Shown piece by piece: positions 17,030 through 24,475 of a stretch of DNA of 33,556 bases; the stretch's first letter is position 1; each line of letters begins with the position of its first letter. The notes beneath the pieces were generated by a model that saw only the letters and a list, made by a program, of their open reading frames with translations, did no database searches and was not told where the DNA came from. The position numbers were made by a program, and so were the translations under genes. Location of the stretch: NCBI GenBank assembly GCA_035707845.1, contig DASSTP010000143.1, positions 1 to 33,556 on the forward strand. Direction: 5' to 3'. The stretch is from Gemmatimonadales bacterium. Lineage in GTDB: Bacteria > Gemmatimonadota > Gemmatimonadetes > Gemmatimonadales > GWC2-71-9.

Positions 17030-17040
17030 TGGGCCAGACG

Positions 17041-18204
17041 CTACGCGCTCAGCGCCAAGCGCTCAGCGCTCCGCCTCTCATGCCCTTCGATCGCGCGGGC
17101 GTAGTCCTCGAGCAGCCGGTCGTCCACAAGATCCCAGCGGCGGCTGCGCGCCGTGGCCAGCGCACCGTCCGAGAGACTGCCACGCAGGTCGGCGTCGTCG
17201 AGCAATCGCAGGATGCCCTCGGCCATCGCGCCCACCGAATTGGGCTCCACCAGCCAGCTGTTCCGCCCATGTCGCGCGAACTCCAGCATGCCGCCCGCCG
17301 CCGCCACCACTGACGGCAACCCCGACGCCATGGCCTCGAGCAGCACATTCCCGAACGTTTCCGTGACGCTCGGGAATGCAAAGAGATCAGCCGACGCGTA
17401 GGCCTCGGCGAGGTCACGGCCGGTGAGCAGCCCGGTCAGGTGCACACCCGGCAGGCCTCGGCGGGCGATCTCCGACTCCAGCGGCCCCTGCCCTACCAGC
17501 ACCAGTTGCGCCGAGGGATGCCGGCTCCGGACGATCGCCCAGCTCTCCAGCAGCAGTTCGAGATTCTTTTCCCGCGCCATCCGGCCAATGTAGGTTACCA
17601 CGTGATCGCCCTGGCGCGCGCCGAGCGCGGCCCGGAAGGCGTTGGAGCGGAAGTCGGGATGGAAGGCCTCGGTGTCCACGCCGCGCGACCAGATGCCGGT
17701 GTTGTGCACCCCGCGCGACTGCAGGTGATGCTCGTAGATCCGGGTGGGACAGAGCACGGTTTCGGCCTGGCCATAGAACCATCGCAGGTAGCGCCACCCT
17801 GCGCGCACCGCCCAGTCGACCCGGTAGCGCGACGCATACTGCTCATAGTTGGTGTGCGCCGAGGCCACCATGGGCAGCGCCAGCTGACGGGCCACCCGGG
17901 TGCCAGCGTAGCCCATGGCAAACTCCGTGGCCAGGTGCACGACGTCGGGCCGGAATCGGGCGGCATCATCCACCAGCGTGCGATGCCGGGGAAAGGCCCA
18001 CTGCACGTCGGGGTAGAGGAAGAACGGCCGACTGGGCGAGCGGCAGACCTCGGCCCGGTCACCTGACGCCGGCAGGGCGTACGATGCCGAGTAGACGCGC
18101 ACGGCGTGGCCCCGGTCGAGGAGGCTGTCGGCCAGCCGCCGCAGGGTCACGCCCACGCCGCTCACCATGGGCCAGTACACTTCGGAGAAGATCGCTATGC
18201 GCAT
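17041..18204 (-). CDS. Glycosyltransferase, GT4 family (GT-B fold), 387 aa
   Basis: ORF 17041..18231. I prefer the internal ATG 18204 (MRIAIFSEVYWPMVSGVGV, the typical GT4 N-terminus). The C-terminal domain has FPSVTETFGNVLLEAMASGLPSV (E-x7-E-type motif). Confidence 0.85.
   Translation of the reverse strand: MRIAIFSEVYWPMVSGVGVTLRRLADSLLDRGHAVRVYSASYALPASGDRAEVCRSPSRPFFLYPDVQWAFPRHRTLVDDAARFRPDVVHLATEFAMGYAGTRVARQLALPMVASAHTNYEQYASRYRVDWAVRAGWRYLRWFYGQAETVLCPTRIYEHHLQSRGVHNTGIWSRGVDTEAFHPDFRSNAFRAALGARQGDHVVTYIGRMAREKNLELLLESWAIVRSRHPSAQLVLVGQGPLESEIARRGLPGVHLTGLLTGRDLAEAYASADLFAFPSVTETFGNVLLEAMASGLPSVVAAAGGMLEFARHGRNSWLVEPNSVGAMAEGILRLLDDADLRGSLSDGALATARSRRWDLVDDRLLEDYARAIEGHERRSAERLALSA
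17045..17069. terminator. Hairpin GCGCTCAGCGC-CAA-GCGCTCAGCGC between convergent genes (overlaps the last codons of the GT4 gene)
   Basis: Two copies of a near-palindromic 11-mer can pair over 11 bp with one central C:C mismatch and a 3-nt loop. It begins 15 nt after the stop of the + strand orphan (17029). There is no U-tract, so terminator function is uncertain. Confidence 0.3.
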
Positions 18205-18263
18205 CCACCCTAACTTACCGTCATGATGCACCTTGCCGCGAGCGCGGGCCGGATGGCCCGCTC

Positions 18264-18716
18264 ATGAAGCTCCAATTCTCCGGATCGCCCGAAGTCACCG
18301 CGACGCGCGAGCGCGTGTGGGATGCCCTCCTCGATCCCCACTTCGTGGCCGCGTCCGCGCCCGGGGTTGAGGAGGTGGAAGTGCTCTCGCCCGAGCGCTA
18401 CAACCTCCATCTTGGGCTCGGCATCGCCTTCTTCAAGCTGCACATCATCATGCACGTGCGCATGCATGATCTACAGCCCCAGGAGCGCGCCAGCCTCACA
18501 GCCACCGGCTCGGCGCCAGGCACCGAGGTCGAGGTCCGGTCCCGCATCCACATCGAGCCACTCGCCCCTGAACGCCAGCGGCTGAACTGGGATGCGGAGG
18601 GCGAAGTGCAGGGCGCCCTCGCCGGCCTCGGCGCCCGTCTGCTGGAAGGTGTGGTGCGGTCGTTCACGGAAGACTTCTGGAATGATTTTGCGGAGAGAGT
18701 GGGGCGTGGGGCATGA
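18264..18716 (+). CDS. SRPBCC-superfamily protein (CoxG-like), 150 aa
   Basis: Internal ATG 18264 of ORF 18084..18716. The size and the pattern MKLQFSGSPEVTATRERVWDALLDPHFVAASAPGVEEVEVLSPERY resemble CoxG/polyketide-cyclase-like proteins. The last residues (VGRGA) are encoded by the heptamer repeat. Confidence 0.65.
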   Translation: MKLQFSGSPEVTATRERVWDALLDPHFVAASAPGVEEVEVLSPERYNLHLGLGIAFFKLHIIMHVRMHDLQPQERASLTATGSAPGTEVEVRSRIHIEPLAPERQRLNWDAEGEVQGALAGLGARLLEGVVRSFTEDFWNDFAERVGRGA

Positions 18717-18809
18717 GGCGTGGGGCGTGGGGCATGAGTCACGAGTCTCGCGTAGCCCCATGCCCCATGCCCCATGCCTCATGCCCCATGCCCTATGCCC
18801 GGTGTTTTT
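18699..18809 (+). terminator. Heptamer-built hairpin (RTGGGGC x6 / CCCATGC x6) followed by a T5 run; probable + strand terminator
   Basis: Pairing 18699-18733 with 18755-18789 gives 35 bp: 29 Watson-Crick, 5 G:U (18727:18761, 18720:18768, 18709:18779, 18706:18782, 18699:18789) and 1 A:C. TTTTT lies at 18805-18809, 15 nt past the best register, and closer in slipped registers. It overlaps the SRPBCC stop (18714-18716). Confidence 0.5.
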
Positions 18810-18847
18810 CCATCTCGTGGTCGAACTCCTTCAGGAACCCTTCATTC

Positions 18848-20551
18848 ATGGCCATGCCGATGCGTTCCTTGGTGAGAAGTGAAGTATGGCGCGTGCTGGT
18901 CGTGCCACTGCTGCTGTCGGGCTGTGGGCATCGGCCCTACGATGTGGTGATCCACGGCGGCAGCGTTTACGACGGCACCGGTTCGCCAGGCGTCGTGGCC
19001 GACGTCGCCATCAAGGGCGACAGCATCGTGATGGTCGGGGCGGTTCCTCGAGGCAGTGGCGACCGCGAAATCGATGCGACCGGCATGGCCGTCGCCCCTG
19101 GGTTCATCAACATGCTGAGCTGGGCAAATGTTTCCCTCATCCAGGACGGCCGCTCGCAGGGGGGCATCCGCCAGGGCGTGACGCTCGAGGTAATGGGTGA
19201 AGGCAGTTCCATGGGTCCGCTCACCGACTCGATGCGCGCCGAGATGATTGCCCGGCAGGAGGACATCAAGTACGAAGTGCCATGGACCACGCTGGGGCAG
19301 TACCTCGAGCACATGGAGCAGCGCGGCATCTCCACCAACATCGCCTCGTTCATCGGCGCGGGTACCGTGCGCGAGCACGAGGTGGGCTACGCCAACCGTC
19401 CGGCCACACCTGAGGAGCTGGCCCGGATGCAGGACCTCGTTCGCGAGGCAATGCGCGAAGGAGCGCTGGGTGTCGGCTCGTCGCTCATCTACGCACCCGA
19501 CAACTACGCGCCCACCAGCGAGCTGATTGCGCTCGCCAGGGCGGCCGGCGAATACCACGGCATGTACATCTCCCACATGCGGGACGAAGGCGCCCACGTG
19601 CTGGACGCGCTCGATGAACTGATCCAGATCGCCAGCGAGGCGCACGTGCCCGCCGAGATCTACCATCTCAAGGCGTCGGGCCGTGCCAACTGGGCCAAGC
19701 TCGATTCGGTGATTGCCAAGGTGGATTCCGCCCGGCGGGCCGGGCTCCAGATCACGGCCGACATGTACACCTATCCCGCCAGCTCCACCGGGCTCGATGC
19801 CACCATGCCGACCTGGGTGCAGGAAGGCGGCCACAAGGCGTGGGTCGAGCGGCTCAGGGATCCGGCCATCCGGGCCCGGCTCGCGAGGGAAATGCGAGGC
19901 GGCGCCGATGGCTATGACAATTCCTTTGCCAACGCCGGCGGACCCGACGGCATCCTGCTGGTGAGCTTCCGCCAGGACTCGCTGCGCTACCTGATCGGCA
20001 AGACCCTGGGCGACGTGGCCCGCATGCGCGGCACCCCGCCGGAAGAGACGGCGATGGATCTCGTGGTGCAGGATGACAGCCGGGTGGGATGTGTCTTCTT
20101 CACCATGTCGGAAGACAACGTGAAGAAGAAGATTGCGCTCCCGTGGGTCAGCTTCGGGTCAGACGCGGGCAGCTACGCCACCGAGGGCGTCTTCCTCAAG
20201 ACCGGCACCCATCCCCGCGCCTACGGAAACGTGGCACGCCTGCTGGGAAAATATGTCCGGGAAGAGCACGTCATTCCGCTGGAGGAGGCAATCCGGAAAC
20301 TCACGTCGCTTCCGGCCACCAACCTCAAGCTGCAACGGCGCGGCCAGCTGGCGCCGGGCTACTTTGCCGACGTCGTCATCTTCGACCCGAAGACGATCAT
20401 CGACCACGCCACCTTCGAGAAGCCGCACCAGTACGCCACCGGCGTGCGCGACGTGTTCGTGAATGGGGTGCAGGTGCTCAAGGACGGCGAGCACACGGGG
20501 GCAAAGCCGGGGAGGTTTGTGCGAGGGCCGGGCGTGAGGCGTGGGGCGTGA
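18848..20551 (+). CDS. N-acyl-D-amino-acid deacylase (D-aminoacylase) family amidohydrolase, lipoprotein, 567 aa
   Basis: Internal ATG 18848 of ORF 18713..20551; the upstream part of that ORF only translates the hairpin. The lipobox is LLLSGC. Family motifs: YDVVIHGGSVYDGTG, IDATGMAVAPGFIN, ISHMRDEG, IYHLKASG, VSFGSDAGS, FADVVIFDP. Confidence 0.85.
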   Translation: MAMPMRSLVRSEVWRVLVVPLLLSGCGHRPYDVVIHGGSVYDGTGSPGVVADVAIKGDSIVMVGAVPRGSGDREIDATGMAVAPGFINMLSWANVSLIQDGRSQGGIRQGVTLEVMGEGSSMGPLTDSMRAEMIARQEDIKYEVPWTTLGQYLEHMEQRGISTNIASFIGAGTVREHEVGYANRPATPEELARMQDLVREAMREGALGVGSSLIYAPDNYAPTSELIALARAAGEYHGMYISHMRDEGAHVLDALDELIQIASEAHVPAEIYHLKASGRANWAKLDSVIAKVDSARRAGLQITADMYTYPASSTGLDATMPTWVQEGGHKAWVERLRDPAIRARLAREMRGGADGYDNSFANAGGPDGILLVSFRQDSLRYLIGKTLGDVARMRGTPPEETAMDLVVQDDSRVGCVFFTMSEDNVKKKIALPWVSFGSDAGSYATEGVFLKTGTHPRAYGNVARLLGKYVREEHVIPLEEAIRKLTSLPATNLKLQRRGQLAPGYFADVVIFDPKTIIDHATFEKPHQYATGVRDVFVNGVQVLKDGEHTGAKPGRFVRGPGVRRGA

Positions 20552-20603
20552 GGCTTGGGGCGTGAGGGCCACGGATCCTCCCATGCCCCATGCCTCACGC
20601 CCT
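20543..20603. terminator. Hairpin from GCGTGRG heptamers facing CCATGCC/TCACGCC, overlapping both stop codons of convergent genes
   Basis: Pairing 20543-20568 with 20578-20603 includes an 11-bp perfect core (20544-20554 with 20592-20602). The rest has three G:T and two or three mismatches. The D-aminoacylase TGA is at 20549-20551 and the argR stop at 20595-20597. Confidence 0.45.
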
Positions 20604-21047
20604 TCTAACGAAGCGCCCGAGCAGCCTCAGCAATTTTCGCTGCTCACCGCGACCGTGCGTCGCAAGGAAGATCGTGTCGTCGCCCGCGATGGTGCCGACG
20701 ATTTCTCCCCACGCCAGCCGATCGAGCGCGGCGCCGACCCGGCTGGCCTCGCCGGGCGGCGTGTGCAGCACCACCAGGGCATCACCGGCCGGCTCCGCCG
20801 TGAGCACGCCTTCGGCAATCCGCCGCTCATCCGGATCATCTGCGTTGATGGCACCCGTTTCCGGCCGGCGGTACGCGCCACCCACTTTCACCAGCCCCAG
20901 CGCCGCAATGTCCCGGCTCACGCTCGACTGGGTGACGTCCCACCCTTCCGATGCCAGCGCCTCGGCCACGTCTTCCTGGGTCTTGAGGGCCCGGGTCTCG
21001 ATCATCTCCAGGATCTTGAGCTGCCGCTTCCGGCGATCGTTCGTCAT
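20595..21047 (-). CDS. argR: Arginine repressor ArgR (150 aa)
   Basis: Internal ATG 21047 of ORF 20595..21083. The winged-helix N-domain is RQLKILEMIETRALKTQEDVAEALASEGWDVTQSSVSRDIAALGLVK. The C-terminal oligomerisation/arginine-binding domain has GTIAGDDTIF. It is the last gene of the arg cluster. Confidence 0.9.
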   Translation of the reverse strand: MTNDRRKRQLKILEMIETRALKTQEDVAEALASEGWDVTQSSVSRDIAALGLVKVGGAYRRPETGAINADDPDERRIAEGVLTAEPAGDALVVLHTPPGEASRVGAALDRLAWGEIVGTIAGDDTIFLATHGRGEQRKLLRLLGRFVRRA

Positions 21048-21051
21048 GGCA

Positions 21052-22419
21052 TCATCTCCCTGCCAGGCGCCGCATGGCAACATCGAACCGGCGTCGCTCA
21101 GCGCGCTGCCAGCGTTCGACCTGGCGCACCCGCTGGCGCGCCTCGGTCAGCCCCACGTTGCCCACGCCGCCGGTCGAGCGGCGACGCACCAGCAGTTGGC
21201 CGGCGGTTGGCGGGTCGAACTGTTCGCCGCCCTTGATCGCGGCCGCCACCTCGCGATAGGCGCGCCGGAAGGGGACGCCACTCTCCACCCGGCGCATCAC
21301 CTCATCGGTGGCAAGCGCGCCGCCGGCAAGCGCCGCCTGGCAGCGTTCACGGTCCACCGTCAGCGTCGGAACGGCGGTCGCCATCATCGCGAGCATCTCG
21401 CGGGTCCGGTCCAGCCCGCGGAAGAGCGGCTCCTTGAGGAGCTGGAAGTCCCGATGATAGCCGCTCGCCAGCTTCCCCTTGAGCAGGAGCAGGGAGACCA
21501 GGTCCCCGTCCAGCGCCGCCGCGCGCGCGCGCGTCAGCTCGAAGAGATCGGGATTGCGCTTGTGCGGCATGATGCTCGACCCCGTGGCCAGTTCGGCCGG
21601 CAGGATGAGATAGCCGAACTCCTCCGCGCTGTAGAGAATGGCATCGACCGACAGCCGGGAGAGTTCGTGCCCCAGCTGGCCACACCAGGCGAGCACCGCG
21701 GCCTCCAGCTTGCCCCGGCCGTTCTGCACTGTCGCCACATTGCGGTCGAGGCCGCCGAAGCCGAGGGCGCGGGCGGTTTCTTCACGCTTGAGTGGCAGGG
21801 GCACGCCGTATCCAGCCGCGCTTCCGAGCGGGCAGCGGTCCACCCGCGCCCATATGGACGGAAGCCCCTCCAATGTGTCGAGCACGCCCTCGGCCAACGC
21901 CCCGGCCCACAGTGCCACCGACGACGGCATGGCTCGGCGCTGGTGCGTGTAACCGGGCCAGAGGACGGTGCGATGGCGGCCGCCAAACTGCAGCAGCGCC
22001 GCCGCGAGCGCCGTAGCCGCGGCATGCAGGTCGAGCAGGGCATCCTTGAGATACAGCCGCAGGTCCACGGCCACCTGGTCATTGCGCGAGCGTCCGGCAT
22101 GCAGCCGCTCACCTGCGTCCCTGCTCCGTCGCGTGAGCCAGCTCTCCACCGCCGTATGGGCGTCCTCCTGGTCACGCGCGACGGTGAGGCGCCCTGCGTT
22201 CACCTCTCGGAGTGCGGCCCGCAGCCCGTGGCGCAGGGAGCGGTACTCCGCATCCCGCAACAGGCGTGATGCGCGTAACCCTTCGACGTGGCCGAGGCTG
22301 CCGAGCACGTCCCAGCGCAGCAGGCGGGCATCCCACACCGGATCATCGCCGATGGTGTAGGCCAGCATCTGCGCGTCAGGTGCCGCGCCGGGCGACCAGA
22401 GCGTGCGGGGCTCCTTCAT
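21052..22419 (-). CDS. argH: Argininosuccinate lyase (455 aa)
   Basis: Internal ATG 22419 of ORF 21052..22530; this ATG overlaps the argE stop as ATGA. Fumarate-lyase family signature GSSIMPHKRNPD. Other ArgH blocks: WPGYTHQRRAMP, RSRNDQVAVD. Confidence 0.95.
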   Translation of the reverse strand: MKEPRTLWSPGAAPDAQMLAYTIGDDPVWDARLLRWDVLGSLGHVEGLRASRLLRDAEYRSLRHGLRAALREVNAGRLTVARDQEDAHTAVESWLTRRSRDAGERLHAGRSRNDQVAVDLRLYLKDALLDLHAAATALAAALLQFGGRHRTVLWPGYTHQRRAMPSSVALWAGALAEGVLDTLEGLPSIWARVDRCPLGSAAGYGVPLPLKREETARALGFGGLDRNVATVQNGRGKLEAAVLAWCGQLGHELSRLSVDAILYSAEEFGYLILPAELATGSSIMPHKRNPDLFELTRARAAALDGDLVSLLLLKGKLASGYHRDFQLLKEPLFRGLDRTREMLAMMATAVPTLTVDRERCQAALAGGALATDEVMRRVESGVPFRRAYREVAAAIKGGEQFDPPTAGQLLVRRRSTGGVGNVGLTEARQRVRQVERWQRAERRRFDVAMRRLAGR

Positions 22420-23492
22420 GCGAGGTATCGCTCCGCCACCTGGGCATAGAGGTCCCGGGCCGCACTCACTTCGTGGAGGTCCACGTATTCGTCCGGCGTG
22501 TGGGAGCGCCGGCTGGTGCCGGGTCCGCACTTGACCGCATCGCGGTCGCGCAGGAAGACCCAGTCGGAACAGGTGGGGCTCCCATAGGAGCGCGACGCGC
22601 GACGCGTGGCCTGCATGATGGGCAGGAGCCGCGACGTGCCGGGCGTCTCGCAGGGCACCAGCCTGTCGGAGGTCACGACCACTTCGGACGCGAGCGACTC
22701 CCGGAGCCGCTGGGCGATCTGGTCATGCGGCCACGCCGGTGTGCTGCGAATATCGAGCACTGCACGCGCCGACGGCGGCGTCACGTTCCGGCTCACGCCT
22801 GCCTCGAGCATCGTGGGCGTGACCGTCGGCGCGCCGAGAACGGGATGGGGCCGGTCGGGAAAGAGGCTTGCGAGCTTGAGCAGGTCACCCGCCAGGAGAA
22901 GGGCGGCGTTGGTGAACTCGCCATCGGTAGATGCGTACCCTGCGTGACGCTGGTCCCCACTGGCGACGAGATCCACCATCATGAGTCCCCGCTGCGCTAC
23001 GGCGAGATCGAGGTTGGTGGGCTCACCGATGATGGCCGCGTCGATGGCACCCGAGCGCCGCACGGCCTCGGGCATGGTGGTGAGGCGCGTTTCCTCACCA
23101 TAGCCCAGGATCACCAGCACCCGGCCGCGCGCCAGTCGCCGGTCGCGAGCGAGATCCCAGGCTGCTGCCAGCATCGCCGCCACGGGCCCCTTGGCATCGC
23201 CGGCACCGCGCCCGTAGAGGCGGCCTTCCTCGATGGAGGCACGGAAGGGATCGCGCGTCCATCCTTCACCGGCCGGCACCGTGTCGAGGTGCGAGACCAG
23301 CGCCAGCGTCGGCCCGGGTCCCTCGCCACGCACCTCGATGCGCACGCCCGCGTCGTCGCGCGTGGCATCCAGCCCCCACTCGCGGGCGCGCGCTTCCACG
23401 AGACGGCCCACCGCCTCCTCGCTGCCGCTCACCGAGGCGGTGGAGACCAGCTCGCGCAGCAGCTCAATCTCGGGAGGCCAGGTCAACGCCAA
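22416..23492 (-). CDS. argE: M20-family deacylase (ArgE/DapE-like; acetyl- or succinyl-citrulline/ornithine deacylase)
   Basis: ORF 22416..23492 (TTG start; the first 29 nt overlap the argB 3' end). M20 motifs: LVSHLDTVP, GRGAGDAKG, GYGEET. Its position lies between argB and argH. Confidence 0.8.
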   Translation of the reverse strand: MALTWPPEIELLRELVSTASVSGSEEAVGRLVEARAREWGLDATRDDAGVRIEVRGEGPGPTLALVSHLDTVPAGEGWTRDPFRASIEEGRLYGRGAGDAKGPVAAMLAAAWDLARDRRLARGRVLVILGYGEETRLTTMPEAVRRSGAIDAAIIGEPTNLDLAVAQRGLMMVDLVASGDQRHAGYASTDGEFTNAALLLAGDLLKLASLFPDRPHPVLGAPTVTPTMLEAGVSRNVTPPSARAVLDIRSTPAWPHDQIAQRLRESLASEVVVTSDRLVPCETPGTSRLLPIMQATRRASRSYGSPTCSDWVFLRDRDAVKCGPGTSRRSHTPDEYVDLHEVSAARDLYAQVAERYLA

Positions 23493-24399
23493 GGTAGGTT
23501 GCCTTCTCCTTCCGCCCGACGATCATCGTGCCGCATCCGGCACCGGTGAACACCTCAGTCAAGAGCGCATCAGGCTGGCGGCCATCCACGATGTGGGTGC
23601 GCTCGACGCCGCCGGTAGCCGCGCGGATGCAGGCTTCCACCTTCGGCTTCATCCCGCCCGAGAGCGCGCCGCTCTGCATCAGTTCGGTCAGGTCGTCGGG
23701 ATCGGCAAAGGCGACCAGCGTCGAGGGATCGTTCCGGTCCCGGAGCACCCCCGGCGCACCGGTGAGAAAGATGAGCTTCTGGGCGCGCAGTGCCGTGGCG
23801 ATGGCTTCGGCCACCGTGTCGGCGTTGACGTTGTAGACGTTACCCTCGTCGTCACCGGCGAGGCTCGCCACCACCGGCACGAACCGCGCATCCAGCAGCG
23901 TCGTGAGCACCCTGGCATCCACCCGGTCCACGTCGCCCACGTGCCCGAAGTCCACCCGTTGCTGCCTGCCGTCGTCGCCGACCAGGTCCACGGGGAGACG
24001 GCGGTGCGCCGTGAGCAGGTCCGCGTCCACGCCGGTGATGCCGACCGCCTGCACCCGATGCTCGCGGAGCGCAGCAATGAGATCCGTACTCAGCAGGCCG
24101 GCATACACCATCTTGGCCACTTCGAGTGCCGCATCATCCGTGACCCGCCGCCCGCCGACCATCACCGGCTCCTGGCCCATGCGGCGCGACAGCGCCGAGG
24201 CCTGCGGGCCGCCGCCATGCACCACCACCAGGCGGATGCTGAGCGACTGCAGCAACGCCAGTTGCGTGGCCACCTGGTCCAGCACCTCGGCGTCCTGCAG
24301 CACTTCGCCGCCGAGCTTGACGACAAACACCTGGTCCCGGTACGCGCGCACATAGCGCAGTGCGCCCTTGAGGCCGGTGAGGGATGGGTCGAGGGACAA
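23464..24399 (-). CDS. argB: N-acyl-L-glutamate kinase (311 aa)
   Basis: ORF 23464..24399 (TTG start). Amino-acid-kinase family motifs: VVKLGGEVL, VVVHGGGPQ, NVNADTVA. It has the kinase domain only, with no fused GNAT/NAGS domain. Confidence 0.9.
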   Translation of the reverse strand: MSLDPSLTGLKGALRYVRAYRDQVFVVKLGGEVLQDAEVLDQVATQLALLQSLSIRLVVVHGGGPQASALSRRMGQEPVMVGGRRVTDDAALEVAKMVYAGLLSTDLIAALREHRVQAVGITGVDADLLTAHRRLPVDLVGDDGRQQRVDFGHVGDVDRVDARVLTTLLDARFVPVVASLAGDDEGNVYNVNADTVAEAIATALRAQKLIFLTGAPGVLRDRNDPSTLVAFADPDDLTELMQSGALSGGMKPKVEACIRAATGGVERTHIVDGRQPDALLTEVFTGAGCGTMIVGRKEKATYLGVDLASRD

Positions 24400-24414
24400 T
24401 GGGGTCTCCTGTCA

Positions 24415-24475
24415 GGGCATGGGGCATGGGGCGTGGGGCGTGGGGTCTCAAGCCCCATGCCTCATGCCTCATGCC
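24415..24475. repeat. Heptamer hairpin / G-tract array: GGG CAT GGGG CAT GGGG CGT GGGG CGT GGGG - loop - GCCCCAT GCCTCAT GCCTCAT GCC
   Basis: Read directly. It fills most of the 69-nt argF'-argB gap (24400-24468). Pairing 24423-24445 with 24453-24475 includes four G:T positions. Confidence 0.9.
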
